DNA of 64,000 bases from an uncultured Bacillales bacterium (lineage in GTDB: Bacteria > Bacillota > Bacilli > Tepidibacillales > Tepidibacillaceae). Position 1 is the first letter of the stretch; each line of letters starts with the position of its first letter. The stretch spans positions 23,096-87,095 of the forward strand of contig CAYZPB010000001.1 of NCBI GenBank assembly GCA_964480445.1. The letters are read 5' to 3'. Positions 41,286-52,289 of this stretch are shown one piece after another. The translations under genes were made by a program, and so were the position numbers. The notes under the pieces are model-generated. The model worked only from the letters and a program-made list of their open reading frames with translations, had not been told where the DNA came from and did no database searches.

Positions 41286-44200
41286 ATGAGCAACAGAGAA
41301 AAAACAGCTTTTGAAAACTTAATAAAAAATGTTCAGCTATCGGAGGAGATTCTTCAGGAATTAGCTGACACAGAAATTGAAAGAGTGTTCTTAGATAAAA
41401 AAAAGGGCAGTCTTTCAATAATTTTTAGGTATGCTCGAATCCACCCAACAAAAATATTAGATAAATTTCAGGATCAGCTTTTACTTACCTTAAAAGAATA
41501 TCAGCAGGTCAATGTTATTAATCGGTTTCCTTCTAGCGGGTCAGAGGAGGTTCTGCGCGAGTATTGGTTTAAAATAATTGGCAGCCTAAAAAGTAATGGA
41601 GCTACTTTCAACTTGTTAAAGGGTGCAGGGTGGGAATTAGAAGGTGCAGATCTTAAAATATTTTTAGACTCTGAATCAATTCGTGAACATTTTCAAGATC
41701 AAGACATAATCGCATTGTTGCATGAATCTCTATCTTTATGGGTAGAAGATAAGTTTAAGATAAAACTTGAATTGACCGAGAAAAAAGATATGAAAACCTA
41801 TAACAAACTAATGAATGCTGAATTAGAGTTGGATATTAAAGAATTATTAGCGGAAAATAGCGAAATACCAAATAATAACGATTCTAAGCAGAACAAAAGA
41901 ATTAAAAAAAATATTTATGGTAAACAAGTTACTGTTGAAGCACAAAAGATAAGCGAATTAACTAATGAAGAGAACAATGTAGTAATTACTGGTAAGGTTT
42001 TCTTACTTGATTATAGAGAATTAAGAAATAACTCATCGCTACTTACAATTGGAATTACCGACTTTCAAGATTCAATTGAGGCAAAGCTTTTCCACAGGTC
42101 ACAAACAACAACTAAACAGATTTACGAGATGCTGTCTGAAGATATCTGGCTAACAATTTGTGGGAATTTGCGTTTTGACCGTTATAGTAATGAGCTTGTG
42201 TTGATGATTTCCGATATTCAACACTATGAACTAGCTTTACCAACTGATACTGCTAAGGAAAAAAGAGTGGAGCTACATTTACATACGAATATGAGCACAA
42301 TGGACGGAGTTTCAACAGCCTCTAAATATATTGAACGAGCAGCACAATTTGGACATAGTGCGATAGCTTTTACTGACCATGGGGTTGTACAGGCCTTTCC
42401 TGAAGCTTACGAATGCGGTCGGCAGCATGGTGTCAAAGTTGTTTTTGGCTTAGAGGCGAATGTGATTACAGGTGAAGACTTAATTGTGGTCAACCCCAAA
42501 GATCAGTCGATTGCAGATGAAACCTATGTAGTTTTTGACCTTGAGACGACAGGTCTTGCAGCTAATTTAAACAAAATCATTGAAATTGGTGCAGTAAAGG
42601 TTCAGGGCAATACAATAGTTGATGAGTTTTCGTCCTTTGTAAATCCGGGAGAAAAAATATCTAACTTTATCTCACAATTGACTGGTATTACCAACAATGA
42701 TTTAGAGAATGCACCAGATATTGTCCAGGTATTGCAGCAATTTGTCGATTTTATTGGAGCTGCAAGCTTGGTTGCTTATAATGCTAAATTTGATATGTCA
42801 TTTATAGCAAGTGCCTTAAGCAGGAATAATATGACTCCAATAACAAATACTGTGATCGATTCCTTAGCTTTGGCTCGCTTGTTAGAGCCTAAGCTTAAAA
42901 ACTATCGGCTAGAGACTCTGTGCAAGCGTTATAATATCGAGAATCCTGATCAACATAGAGCTATAAGTGATGCCCGTGCAACAGCGGATTTGTTTATGTT
43001 GCAATCACAGGATTTACTTAAAAGAGAAATTACAAATATAAATGATTTAAACCCAGATTTAGATGAAGTTGATTACGAGAAAGTCTGGCCGCATCATCTG
43101 ACAATCTTAGTAAAAAATCAGACGGGTTTGAAGAATATGTATAAAATAGTCTCTAAATCGCATCTCGATTACTTTTACCGCCAACCAAGGATAACTAAAA
43201 GCTATCTAGACGAGCACCGCGAGGGCTTGCTGTTAGGTTCTGGTTGCGCAAAGGGAGCACTGGTTAATGCGATTTTAAATAAAACGGATAGTGAAATCGA
43301 AAAAACAGCAGCATATTTTGATTACTTAGAGGTGCAACCGGTAAGCAATTATCAATACTTGTTAAGTAGTAATCTAGTAGACGATCAAGCTATAATTATC
43401 GAAATTATCCAGAAGATTATTTCTCTTGGCAAAAAGCTTAACATTCCAGTTGTAGCAGTCGGCAATGTCCACCATCGCGAACAAGAAGAGGCGGTTAATC
43501 GCAAGATTCTAATACATAACCAGTTAAGTGGTGCTCGTTATCATAATACAAAGGAGTTATATTCGGCACATTATCTAACTACTGGAGAAATGTTAAATCA
43601 GTTTGACTTTATTGATAAGAAAACAGCTAAGGAAATTGTAGTTAAAAATCCAAATAGAATTAGCGAGCAGATTGAGGATTTACAACCATTTCCCGATAAG
43701 TTACATACACCAACAATCGAGGGCGCTGCTGAGGAGATTACAAAACTAAGTTATAACAACGCTGAAAAAAAATATGGAAATCCCTTACCTGAAATTGTCA
43801 GCAACCGTTTAGAACGGGAACTTGCTAGTATTATCGAAAATGGTTTTTCGGTTATCTATTTAATATCACACCGTCTAGTTGCTAAATCTTTAGCAGATGG
43901 TTACCTAGTCGGTTCACGAGGCTCTGTCGGTTCATCTTTTGTAGCAACTATGACTGAAATTACTGAGGTAAATCCTTTGCCACCTCACTACATTTGTGGC
44001 AATTGTAATTATAGCCAATTTATTAATGATCTAGAGATTGAATCTGGCTATGATTTACCTGATAAAGACTGCCCAAAATGTAATGAAAAAATGTGTAAGG
44101 AAGGTCATGACATACCTTTTGAAACTTTTATGGGCTACGAAGGGGATAAAGTACCAGATATTGATCTTAATTTTTCCGGAGAATATCAGGCGCGAATTCA

Positions 44201-45581
44201 TCGACAGACTGAAGAGACGTTTGGTAATAAAAAGGTTTTTCGGGCTGGTACAATCTCGACTATTGCTAACAAAACAGCTTTCGGTTATGTCCGCAAGTAT
44301 GTTGCTGATCACAGTTTAAACCTAAGCGAAGCAGAAATCCTGCGACTTGCAAAAGGTTGTGAAGGCGTTAAAAGAACGACTGGACAACATCCTGGTGGGC
44401 AAATTGTTATTCCACAGGATATGGAGTTTACAGATTTCACACCAATACAAAGGCCCGCTGATGATCAGAAATCAGAGGTTATTACAACCCATTTTGACTA
44501 TCACGCTTTAAGTGGTACTTTATTGAAATTAGACCTATTAGGGCATGATGATCCAACTGCCTTAAAAATGTTAGAATCACAGACTGGAATAAACCCACGG
44601 TCGATTGAATTTGATGATCCTAAATTATATGAACTCTTTACTAGTACAGAACCATTACACCTTATAAAACCATTAAAAAATTATAAAAATGGTGCTATAG
44701 GCGTGCCAGAGTTTGGTACAAGGTTTGTGCGGCAGATGCTAGATGAGACGCAACCAACAACTTTTGCAGAATTAGTGCGTATTTCTGGACTTTCGCATGG
44801 AACAGACGTTTGGCGAAATAATGCTCAAGATCTGATCAGAAAAGGTGAAGCGAATTTAAGTCAGGTAATCTGCACACGCGATGATATTATGCTTTATTTG
44901 ACAGCCCAGGGTTTGGATTCCGCAACAGCCTTTGCAATTAGTGAAAGAGTGCGCAAAGGAAAAGGCTTGCTGCAGACTGATATTAATGAGATGAGAAAAC
45001 ATTCAGTACCAGCATGGTATATAGAATCATGTCAGAAAATTAAATATATGTTTCCAAAGGCACATGCAGTTGCTTATGTTCAAATGGCATTGCGAATTGT
45101 TTATTACAAGATATATTACCCAGTTCATTATTATGCAACTTATTTTACATTAAGAAGCAACGACTTTGATATTGAGGAAATCTATAGGGGACCTGACAAA
45201 ATTAAAGAAAGAATTGAAGAGATTAACAAAAAAGGTAATGATGCTTTAGCTAGAGAGCGTGACTTACTGACAGTGCTTGAAGTAGTACAAGAAATGTACC
45301 ATCGTGGCTTTAACATGGAAAACATAGACTTATATCAATCCGACTCGCACCGATATCTAGTTAATGAAAGTGGTGACGGATTAATACCACCCTTTATTTC
45401 GATAAGCGGTGTCGGCTTAGGACTTGCTGAAAATATTGTTAAAGCACGTGAACAGACAGCTTTTATCTCGATAGAGGATTTACAGAAGCGCTGCAGAGTA
45501 TCAAATTCAATTATTGAGGTTTTAGATAAGCTTAATATCTTGAAAGGTTTAAACCGTACTGATCAAATTTCGCTTTTCTAG
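41286..45581 (+). CDS. polC: DNA polymerase III alpha subunit, PolC type
   Basis: 1431 aa: PHP HLHTNMSTMDG, inserted DEDD exonuclease VVFDLETTG...AYNAKFDMSF...HRAISDA, Zn module CGNCNY...CPKCN, and a polymerase core. Confidence 0.97.
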   Translation: MSNREKTAFENLIKNVQLSEEILQELADTEIERVFLDKKKGSLSIIFRYARIHPTKILDKFQDQLLLTLKEYQQVNVINRFPSSGSEEVLREYWFKIIGSLKSNGATFNLLKGAGWELEGADLKIFLDSESIREHFQDQDIIALLHESLSLWVEDKFKIKLELTEKKDMKTYNKLMNAELELDIKELLAENSEIPNNNDSKQNKRIKKNIYGKQVTVEAQKISELTNEENNVVITGKVFLLDYRELRNNSSLLTIGITDFQDSIEAKLFHRSQTTTKQIYEMLSEDIWLTICGNLRFDRYSNELVLMISDIQHYELALPTDTAKEKRVELHLHTNMSTMDGVSTASKYIERAAQFGHSAIAFTDHGVVQAFPEAYECGRQHGVKVVFGLEANVITGEDLIVVNPKDQSIADETYVVFDLETTGLAANLNKIIEIGAVKVQGNTIVDEFSSFVNPGEKISNFISQLTGITNNDLENAPDIVQVLQQFVDFIGAASLVAYNAKFDMSFIASALSRNNMTPITNTVIDSLALARLLEPKLKNYRLETLCKRYNIENPDQHRAISDARATADLFMLQSQDLLKREITNINDLNPDLDEVDYEKVWPHHLTILVKNQTGLKNMYKIVSKSHLDYFYRQPRITKSYLDEHREGLLLGSGCAKGALVNAILNKTDSEIEKTAAYFDYLEVQPVSNYQYLLSSNLVDDQAIIIEIIQKIISLGKKLNIPVVAVGNVHHREQEEAVNRKILIHNQLSGARYHNTKELYSAHYLTTGEMLNQFDFIDKKTAKEIVVKNPNRISEQIEDLQPFPDKLHTPTIEGAAEEITKLSYNNAEKKYGNPLPEIVSNRLERELASIIENGFSVIYLISHRLVAKSLADGYLVGSRGSVGSSFVATMTEITEVNPLPPHYICGNCNYSQFINDLEIESGYDLPDKDCPKCNEKMCKEGHDIPFETFMGYEGDKVPDIDLNFSGEYQARIHRQTEETFGNKKVFRAGTISTIANKTAFGYVRKYVADHSLNLSEAEILRLAKGCEGVKRTTGQHPGGQIVIPQDMEFTDFTPIQRPADDQKSEVITTHFDYHALSGTLLKLDLLGHDDPTALKMLESQTGINPRSIEFDDPKLYELFTSTEPLHLIKPLKNYKNGAIGVPEFGTRFVRQMLDETQPTTFAELVRISGLSHGTDVWRNNAQDLIRKGEANLSQVICTRDDIMLYLTAQGLDSATAFAISERVRKGKGLLQTDINEMRKHSVPAWYIESCQKIKYMFPKAHAVAYVQMALRIVYYKIYYPVHYYATYFTLRSNDFDIEEIYRGPDKIKERIEEINKKGNDALARERDLLTVLEVVQEMYHRGFNMENIDLYQSDSHRYLVNESGDGLIPPFISISGVGLGLAENIVKAREQTAFISIEDLQKRCRVSNSIIEVLDKLNILKGLNRTDQISLF

Positions 45582-45586
45582 AGGCA

Positions 45587-45615
45587 TTGCCATTCTATGC
45601 GGATGATGGTATAAT
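45587..45615 (+). promoter_or_regulatory. sigma-A-type promoter candidate for rimP-nusA-infB
   Basis: TTGCCA (45587-45592), a 17-nt spacer, then TATAAT (45610-45615), 6 nt after the polC stop. Confidence 0.55.
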
Positions 45616-45643
45616 AACGCTATAATATTAGAAAAGCTAACAG

Positions 45644-45673
45644 GAGAGTGGGGCTGCCCACTCTTACATTTTT
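45644..45673 (+). terminator. terminator/attenuator hairpin in the rimP leader
   Basis: AGAGTGGG-GCTG-CCCACTCT stem-loop (8 bp, GC-rich core) followed by TACATTTTTATT. It lies downstream of the promoter candidate and ~30 nt upstream of the rimP SD. Confidence 0.5.
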
Positions 45674-45702
45674 ATTATGAGATAAAAAAGGGGTACAAGG
45701 TA

Positions 45703-46164
45703 ATGAGTAAGAGTTTTATACAAAAAATCGAAAATTTAATTTTGCCGCTAATTAATGAATTAGATATCGAGTTATATAGCGTTAATTATTTAAAAGAGGG
45801 CAGAAATAATTTTCTGCGCGTTTACATTTACAAAATGGATCGAGAAATCGATATTGATGATTGCGCGATGGTGAGTGAAGCAATTAGCAAAGTTTTGGAC
45901 GAAAGTAATTTAATAAAAAGTGCGTACTTTTTGGAAGTTGCTTCCCCAGGAGCAGAACGGCAATTAAGAAATGAAAAAGAGATAACAAGTGCTATCGGCA
46001 AGGGCTTATTAATTTCTTTGAATGAAGCAATTAATAATGATTATATTATTGATGGAAAGCTAGTCTCATTTGCAGATGATCTATTAACTATCAAGAATAA
46101 TGGTGAGCTAGTAGAGATCCCTCATTCACAAACAAAAAGAATTAGATTAAAGATACAGCTTTAA
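45703..46164 (+). CDS. rimP: ribosome maturation factor RimP
   Basis: 153 aa with LEVASPGAERQLR, a RimP-typical motif. It is the conserved first gene of the nusA operon. Confidence 0.9.
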   Translation: MSKSFIQKIENLILPLINELDIELYSVNYLKEGRNNFLRVYIYKMDREIDIDDCAMVSEAISKVLDESNLIKSAYFLEVASPGAERQLRNEKEITSAIGKGLLISLNEAINNDYIIDGKLVSFADDLLTIKNNGELVEIPHSQTKRIRLKIQL

Positions 46165-46177
46165 GGAGGAAGAGGTA

Positions 46178-47341
46178 ATGAACAATCAGTTCATGGATGC
46201 ATTAAATGTTTTGGAAAAAGAAAAAGGTGTTGACCGTGAAGTCTTATTAGAAGCTATTGAAGCAGCTATAATCTCTGGCTACAAACGGAATTTTCAATCC
46301 GCACAGAATGTACGCGTAGATATTAATCGTGATAATGGCAACGTTAAAGTTTTTTCGCTAATGACAATCGTAGAAGAGGTTGAAGATCCACAAACCGAGA
46401 TAACGATTGAAGAGGCTCATGAGATTAATCCTGAATATGTTATAGGGGATGTCGTAGAATTAGAGGTGACACCTAATGATTTTGGTAGAATAGCTGCCCA
46501 GACAACAAAGCAGGTTATTACTCAGAGAATACGCGAGGCGGAAAGGGCTGCTGTATACGATACTTTCATCGATAAAGAAGAGGATATTGTTACAGGCATA
46601 GTCCAGCGAGTAGATTCAAGATTTATCTATGTCGACCTTGGAAAAACCGAGGGGCTGCTACCAGTAAAAGAAACGATGGCCTCTGAGCGAATTCAACAGG
46701 GTGATCGCATTAAGGTTTATATTTCTAAAGTTGAGCGGACGACAAAAGGACCACAAATACTCCTTTCACGAACACACCCAGGGCTTCTTAAACGTTTATT
46801 TGAGCTTGAAGTACCTGAAATTTACGATGGTGTTGTAGAAATTAAAGCGGTTGCTCGCGAAGCTGGTCACCGTTCTAAGATTGCGCTTTATTCTAATAAA
46901 GAGGAAGTTGACGCTGTCGGTGCTGGCGTTGGCCCAAGGGGTGCCCGCGTACAAACAATTGTAGGTGAATTAAAAGGCGAGAAAATCGATATTGTTAAGT
47001 GGTCGGAAGAAGCTGAAACCTTTATCGCAAATTCGCTTAGTCCTTCGAAGGTAATTTCAGTTAATTTAAATGAAGAGGAAAAAACTGCGGTAGTGATAGT
47101 ACCAGACTACCAATTATCACTTGCAATCGGTAAAGAAGGACAGAATGCACGGTTAGCTGCAAAACTGACTGGTTGGAAAATTGATATCAAGAGCGAGTCA
47201 CAGTTGATTGAGCCGAGCATCGAGGAGGAGACAGAAATTGAGGATGAGGCAATTTTTGAAGATGAGGTAATTTCTGAAGAAATAGAAATTTCTGAAGAAG
47301 GTGCAATTTCCGAAGAAGAGATTATGACTGAAGAAGAATAA
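46178..47341 (+). CDS. nusA: transcription termination/antitermination factor NusA
   Basis: NTD, S1 domain ([10 protein letters not shown]...), KH1/KH2 ([13 protein letters not shown]; [23 protein letters not shown]), and an acidic repeat tail. Confidence 0.95.
   Translation: MNNQFMDALNVLEKEKGVDREVLLEAIEAAIISGYKRNFQSAQNVRVDINRDNGNVKVFSLMTIVEEVEDPQTEITIEEAHEINPEYVIGDVVELEVTPNDFGRIAAQTTKQVITQRIREAERAAVYDTFIDKEEDIVTGIVQRVDSRFIYVDLGKTEGLLPVKETMASERIQQGDRIKVYISKVERTTKGPQILLSRTHPGLLKRLFELEVPEIYDGVVEIKAVAREAGHRSKIALYSNKEEVDAVGAGVGPRGARVQTIVGELKGEKIDIVKWSEEAETFIANSLSPSKVISVNLNEEEKTAVVIVPDYQLSLAIGKEGQNARLAAKLTGWKIDIKSESQLIEPSIEEETEIEDEAIFEDEVISEEIEISEEGAISEEEIMTEEE
47251..47340 (+). repeat. in-frame 18-bp tandem repeat (about 5 copies) forming the NusA acidic tail
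   Basis: AATTTTTGAAGATGAGGT / AATTTCTGAAGAAATAGA / AATTTCTGAAGAAGGTGC / AATTTCCGAAGAAGAGAT / TATGACTGAAGAAGAATA, encoding x-I-S/F/T-E-E-x hexapeptides. Confidence 0.9.
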
Positions 47342-47353
47342 AGGGTGAATGCT

Positions 47354-47635
47354 ATGAAAAAGATACCAATGCGTAGGTGTGTGGCCTGTCAGGAATCAAA
47401 GACCAAAAAAGAATTAATAAGAATAGTTCGAACACCTGAGGGAGAAACGCTAGTTGATTTGAGTGGCAAAAGATCTGGTAGGGGCGCATATATCTGCTAC
47501 GATCATAATTGTCTGAAAATGGCTAAGAAGAAAAATATCTTAGAAAAAAAGCTTAGATCAAAACTAGCTGATAATACTTATTTAGAAATAGAAAGTGAGA
47601 TTAGTAATCATAATGAAAAGGAAAGAGATTTTTAA
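47354..47635 (+). CDS. ylxR: YlxR (DUF448, RnpM-like) RNA-binding protein
   Basis: [20 protein letters not shown]...GRGAYIC motif. Conserved position after nusA. ATG 47354 follows AAAGGGTGA. Confidence 0.85.
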   Translation: MKKIPMRRCVACQESKTKKELIRIVRTPEGETLVDLSGKRSGRGAYICYDHNCLKMAKKKNILEKKLRSKLADNTYLEIESEISNHNEKERDF

Positions 47636-47930
47636 TTTGATGGGACTTGGCGCTAGGGGTCGTTTAATTGTGAGTGGTAATGAGCAGGTAATTGCCTCAA
47701 TCCGTAATCAAGAATTAAAACTAGTGATAATTGCCACGGATGCATCAGAGGCAACTAAGAAACAATTAATTGATAAGTCTAGCTTTTATAAAATAACTTA
47801 TATTCTATTCGCAAGATCCGACCAACTAGGCAATGCGATTGGCAAGGAATATAGAACTGCTGTGGGCATTAAAGATGTCGGAATAGCAAGAAGAATAGAA
47901 GATATTTTCAATAATTTGGAGGTGAGCTGA
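47613..47930 (+). CDS. ylxQ: L7Ae-family ribosomal-protein-like protein YlxQ
   Basis: ~105 aa with an L7Ae-like pattern ([20 protein letters not shown]...LVIIATDAS). It overlaps the ylxR 3' end, and its stop overlaps the infB ATG (TGATG). Confidence 0.8.
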   Translation: MKRKEIFNLMGLGARGRLIVSGNEQVIASIRNQELKLVIIATDASEATKKQLIDKSSFYKITYILFARSDQLGNAIGKEYRTAVGIKDVGIARRIEDIFNNLEVS

Positions 47931-50002
47931 TGAGTAAAATTAGAGTACATGAATATGCTAAACAACAAGGCGTGCAAAGTAAGGAAATACTTAACACACT
48001 TAAAAAACTAGATATTCCAGTAACTAATCATATGAGTACTATTGATGAGGAGATTATAAATAAGATTGAAGAATACTTTACTTCTTTGAAAGAAGGTACT
48101 ATTGTCAAAAAACAGCCAGATAAAGTGGTGGCTGAAAAGACTACAGAAAAAGAAAGCAAGGATAAACAAGTAGTTACAGAAGACAAAAAAGTCGTTAAAA
48201 AAGAAGAGGTTGTTAAAAAGCAGAAGGATGACGAAAAAACAGCGGCAAAAAAACTAACAACGATTGTTTATACGGGGTCTCTTACTGTGGGAGAGCTTAG
48301 TACAATTTTAAAGGCAGACGTTTCTGAGATTATTAAAAAATTGATGGGACTCGGAATAATGGCAACAATTAATCAGGAGCTGGATTTAGATTCAATAATT
48401 CTAATCGCTGCTGAATATGATGCTGAGGTAGAAGAAAATATTGTTGTAGATGAAACTCAATTCGACCTAATAGTTAATGATGATGCACCCGAAGATTTAC
48501 GCGAACGTGCACCAGTCGTAACAATTATGGGGCATGTTGACCATGGGAAGACAACTTTACTAGATGCAATCCGCAAATCTAAAGTTACTGCCGGAGAAGC
48601 TGGTGGAATTACACAACATATTGGTGCCTATCAAGTGGATGTTAATGGTAGGAAGATTACTTTCCTTGACACACCTGGGCATGAAGCCTTTACAACAATG
48701 CGTGCCAGAGGAGCAGAAGTCACTGATATAACTATTCTTGTAGTAGCTGCAGATGATGGTGTAATGCCGCAAACTGTTGAGGCAATTAATCATGCAAAAG
48801 CAGCAGAAGTACCAATTATCGTTGCGGTTAACAAAATGGATAAGCCTGCAGCTAACATTGACCGTATCAAGCAGGAACTAACTGAGTATGGGCTGCTTGC
48901 TGAAGACTGGGGTGGCGATACAATTTTTGTGCCAATTTCAGCCTTAAAACATGAGGGACTTGATAGTCTCTTGGAAATGTTATTACTTGTAGCTGAGGTA
49001 GAGGAATTAAAAGCTAATCCTAATCGGCTAGCTACTGGAACAGTTATTGAATCACGATTAGATAAAGGACGCGGTGTAGTTGCGACCATTTTAGTTCAAA
49101 ATGGTACCCTTGAGGTAGGTGACCCATTAGTTATCGGGGTTACTTTTGGTCGAGTAAGATCGATGGTGAACGACCGCGGAAAAAGAATAAAAAGCGCAGG
49201 TCCATCTACTCCTGTAGAAATAACAGGTTTAAGCGATATGCCACAAGCGGGTGATCTCTTTGTCGCTTTTGCTGAAGAGCGAAAGGCGCGTGCTATTAGT
49301 GATAAACGTGCTACAAAGGCTAGAGAATCAGAGCTAAAAGCAACAGCTAGGGTAACTCTTGATGACCTTTTTAAACAGATTCAAGAAGGTGAAATACGCG
49401 ACCTTAATGTAATAATTAAGGGTGATGTAGTAGGATCGGTTGAGGCACTCCAAGAATCATTGTTAAACATTGATGTAGAAGGAGTAAAAATAAATATCAT
49501 TCATATGGGCGTAGGTGCAATTACGGAGACTGACGTTACTTTAGCTTCAGCTTCTAATGCGATTATTATTGGCTTTAATGTTCGTCCAGAGCCACAGGCC
49601 CGTGAAGCTGCCGAGCTGGAAAAGGTTGATATACGCTTGCATCAAGTAATCTACAAGGTTATTGAAGAGATTAACGCAGCAATGCTTGGACTACTTGATC
49701 CGACCTTTGAAGAGGTAATAATTGGTCGAGCTGAGATTAGGGAGGTCTTTAAGGCCTCTAATATTGGTACTATTGCAGGCTGCTTTGTAACAGACGGCAA
49801 AATAACACGTAATGCTGAGGCACGAGTCATCCGCGATAACAGAATTATTTATGAAAGTACAATTGAATCACTCAAACGTTTTAAAGACGATGTTCGTGAA
49901 GTAGCAAAGGGTTATGAGTGCGGTATTACAGTTGCTAAGTTTAATGACGTTAAGAAAGATGATGTAATTGAGGCATACATTATGGAAGAAGTAAAAAATT
50001 GA
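47930..50002 (+). CDS. infB: translation initiation factor IF-2
   Basis: IF2_[16 protein letters not shown] and a K/E-rich linker. G domain motifs are [20 protein letters not shown] and NKMDK. Confidence 0.97.
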   Translation: MSKIRVHEYAKQQGVQSKEILNTLKKLDIPVTNHMSTIDEEIINKIEEYFTSLKEGTIVKKQPDKVVAEKTTEKESKDKQVVTEDKKVVKKEEVVKKQKDDEKTAAKKLTTIVYTGSLTVGELSTILKADVSEIIKKLMGLGIMATINQELDLDSIILIAAEYDAEVEENIVVDETQFDLIVNDDAPEDLRERAPVVTIMGHVDHGKTTLLDAIRKSKVTAGEAGGITQHIGAYQVDVNGRKITFLDTPGHEAFTTMRARGAEVTDITILVVAADDGVMPQTVEAINHAKAAEVPIIVAVNKMDKPAANIDRIKQELTEYGLLAEDWGGDTIFVPISALKHEGLDSLLEMLLLVAEVEELKANPNRLATGTVIESRLDKGRGVVATILVQNGTLEVGDPLVIGVTFGRVRSMVNDRGKRIKSAGPSTPVEITGLSDMPQAGDLFVAFAEERKARAISDKRATKARESELKATARVTLDDLFKQIQEGEIRDLNVIIKGDVVGSVEALQESLLNIDVEGVKINIIHMGVGAITETDVTLASASNAIIIGFNVRPEPQAREAAELEKVDIRLHQVIYKVIEEINAAMLGLLDPTFEEVIIGRAEIREVFKASNIGTIAGCFVTDGKITRNAEARVIRDNRIIYESTIESLKRFKDDVREVAKGYECGITVAKFNDVKKDDVIEAYIMEEVKN

Positions 50003-50013
50003 GGTGATTATCG

Positions 50014-50361
50014 ATGACTAATTCGCGCGCAAAAAGAATGGCTGGACAGATTAAAAGAGAGATAAGCATAATACTTCAAAGCAATTTAAAAGATCCAAGA
50101 ATCGCTTTTTTAACAGTTACAGGTACTGAACTGACGAATGACTTATCGATTGCAACGATATATGTAAGTATTTATGGCACAGATGAGGAAGTTAAAGATA
50201 GTTTGGAAACGTTAAATAGAGCGAAGGGGCACATCAGAACAGAGATAGGTAAAAGAATTCGTTTTAGAAGTGTTCCTGAACTTATCTTCAAACAAGATAC
50301 CTCTATAGATTACGCGTATCGAATTGAGGAACTGTTAAACGAAATTAAGGAGAACGATTAA
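50014..50361 (+). CDS. rbfA: ribosome-binding factor A
   Basis: 115 aa with RAKRMAGQIKREISIIL and LTVTGTELTNDLSIATIYVS motifs. Confidence 0.93.
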   Translation: MTNSRAKRMAGQIKREISIILQSNLKDPRIAFLTVTGTELTNDLSIATIYVSIYGTDEEVKDSLETLNRAKGHIRTEIGKRIRFRSVPELIFKQDTSIDYAYRIEELLNEIKEND

Positions 50362-50362
50362 G

Positions 50363-51355
50363 ATGACTGAGTTGAATTCTCATGACGTCGCTGCTTTCAA
50401 GAAATTTCTTTCGGAAAAAGATGATTTTCTAGTCGTTTCGCATGTTAATCCAGATGGAGATGCAGTATCGTCATCTTTAGCTGTTGGATATATCTTGACA
50501 TCACTTGGCAAAAACTTTGTTATTGCTAATCAAGATCCTTACCCGAAAAGATTCAATTATTTAAAAAAATATGATCAACTCAAGTTGGCAGCAGAAGTTT
50601 CTGATCGGTTTGCTAACGTTATAGCAGTTGATACGGCCGATATTGATCGTCTTGGCAAGGCCGAGATGCTAATTGCTACTGATCGCACAATTGTGAATAT
50701 AGACCATCATTTATCAGGTAGTCTCTATGGTGATATAAACCTTGTAATAACGAATGCCGCTTCAACGACTGAGGTAATTTATAAATTGGCACAGATGCTT
50801 GAATTGGAGTTAAGTAAAGAGTTTGCTGAATATATTTACACAGGATTATTAACTGATACTGGCGGATTTCGATACGCAAATACTACTGAATACACCCTTC
50901 AACTCGCTGCCCTACTAGCTAGCTATGGGATTGATCTTGGTGGAATTGCAGATTCTGCACTAGAAAAAATTTCCTTAAGCTATCTCAAAGGTCTTAAAGT
51001 CGTTTTAAATAATATTGAATTTTATGAAAACGATACCATTATTAGTAGTTTACTCAACTATCAAAACTTGCAAAAATTAGGTGATGAGGCTGACGGGATT
51101 GTCAGTCTATTACGTAATATTGATAGTGTTGATATCAGTTTTTTAATTAAAGAAGATAAGCCAGGAGAATATCGTGTAAGTATGAGATCTAATCAATTAG
51201 TTGATGTTAGTCTAGTTGCTGCTAAATTCGGTGGTGGTGGACATTTTAATGCCTCTGGTTTTTCCTATAAGGGCGATTTAACTAGTTTGAAAGAAAAGAT
51301 AGTTAAAGAAATCATAGCTTATAAAAAGAGTGAAGGAATTGAGCTTGTTGAATAG
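50363..51355 (+). CDS. nrnA: DHH/DHHA1 phosphoesterase (NrnA-like oligoribonuclease/pAp phosphatase)
   Basis: HVNPDGDAVSS, AVDTAD, NIDHHLSG and GGGHFNASG motifs. Confidence 0.8.
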   Translation: MTELNSHDVAAFKKFLSEKDDFLVVSHVNPDGDAVSSSLAVGYILTSLGKNFVIANQDPYPKRFNYLKKYDQLKLAAEVSDRFANVIAVDTADIDRLGKAEMLIATDRTIVNIDHHLSGSLYGDINLVITNAASTTEVIYKLAQMLELELSKEFAEYIYTGLLTDTGGFRYANTTEYTLQLAALLASYGIDLGGIADSALEKISLSYLKGLKVVLNNIEFYENDTIISSLLNYQNLQKLGDEADGIVSLLRNIDSVDISFLIKEDKPGEYRVSMRSNQLVDVSLVAAKFGGGGHFNASGFSYKGDLTSLKEKIVKEIIAYKKSEGIELVE

Positions 51356-52289
51356 TCTGCACGGTATTATACCAATAAAAAAAGAGGCTGGAATGACTTC
51401 ACATGATGTAGTTTATCGAATTAGACAAATCAGCGGTGTGAAAAAGGTCGGTCATACTGGAACACTGGACCCAGATGCTACTGGGCTTCTATTAGTTGCA
51501 ATAGGCCATGCAACAAGAATTTCTGAATACTTAACTGAAGAGAGCAAGATTTATCGCGCAGAGTGTATTTTAGGCAGTTCAACTACAACAGAGGATGCGA
51601 CGGGAGAGATTATTGAACAGGTAAAAGTTACTAAACTTGACCTCGAGCAGGTTCATGAAGTTCTAGCGAGCTTTATTGGTGATTATAAACAAATCCCGCC
51701 AATGTATTCAGCCATCAAGGTTGGTGGGCAGCCACTTTATAAACTTGCAAGAAAAGGAGAAGAACACGTGCGACCTGCGCGACTTGTACATATATATGAT
51801 ATTAAATTAAACAATTATATTGTTGAGCAAGGGCAAGCGATGCTAGACTTTACAGTAAGCTGCTCGAAAGGAACATATATTAGAACACTATCTGTAGATA
51901 TCGGCAAAGCGCTTGGTTTGCCAGCACACATGTCATACTTAGAACGTATTGCAAGTGGTAGCTTTCATGTTAATAATGCCTATAGTCTGGCAGAAGTTAA
52001 GGAACGCTTTGATGCTGGAGTGGCTACAGACATCATGGTTTCAATGAATGATGCTCTTAGTAAATTTCCAGCAGTTACGGTTAATGATGAGGATGTAAAG
52101 AATGTAATTTATAATGGAAGACAATTGCTTCTGGAAAGTATAACCGATGAAATTGCATCGCAACAACCTATTAAAATTCTTAACAAGAATGACCAGTTAG
52201 TTGCAATTTATCAACTAACTGTAGCTAATAAGTTTATGCCAGTAAAAGTATTTAAGTATGGTGAAGTCAATGAAAACAATAGAAATTAA
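51330..52289 (+). CDS. truB: tRNA pseudouridine55 synthase TruB
   Basis: GMTSHDVV and the catalytic GHTGTLDPDATGLL motif, plus a PUA-like C-terminus. The start is uncertain: TTG 51345/51348 after GAAGGAA is as plausible as the track GTG 51330. Confidence 0.92.
   Translation: MKELSLLNSLHGIIPIKKEAGMTSHDVVYRIRQISGVKKVGHTGTLDPDATGLLLVAIGHATRISEYLTEESKIYRAECILGSSTTTEDATGEIIEQVKVTKLDLEQVHEVLASFIGDYKQIPPMYSAIKVGGQPLYKLARKGEEHVRPARLVHIYDIKLNNYIVEQGQAMLDFTVSCSKGTYIRTLSVDIGKALGLPAHMSYLERIASGSFHVNNAYSLAEVKERFDAGVATDIMVSMNDALSKFPAVTVNDEDVKNVIYNGRQLLLESITDEIASQQPIKILNKNDQLVAIYQLTVANKFMPVKVFKYGEVNENNRN

Noticed and set aside
44038-44319. A pair of opposite-strand ORFs (93 aa plus strand; 85 aa minus strand at 44055-44312) inside polC
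   Set aside because: Both lie within the conserved PolC polymerase/Zn-module region. They arise by chance in a stop-poor stretch.
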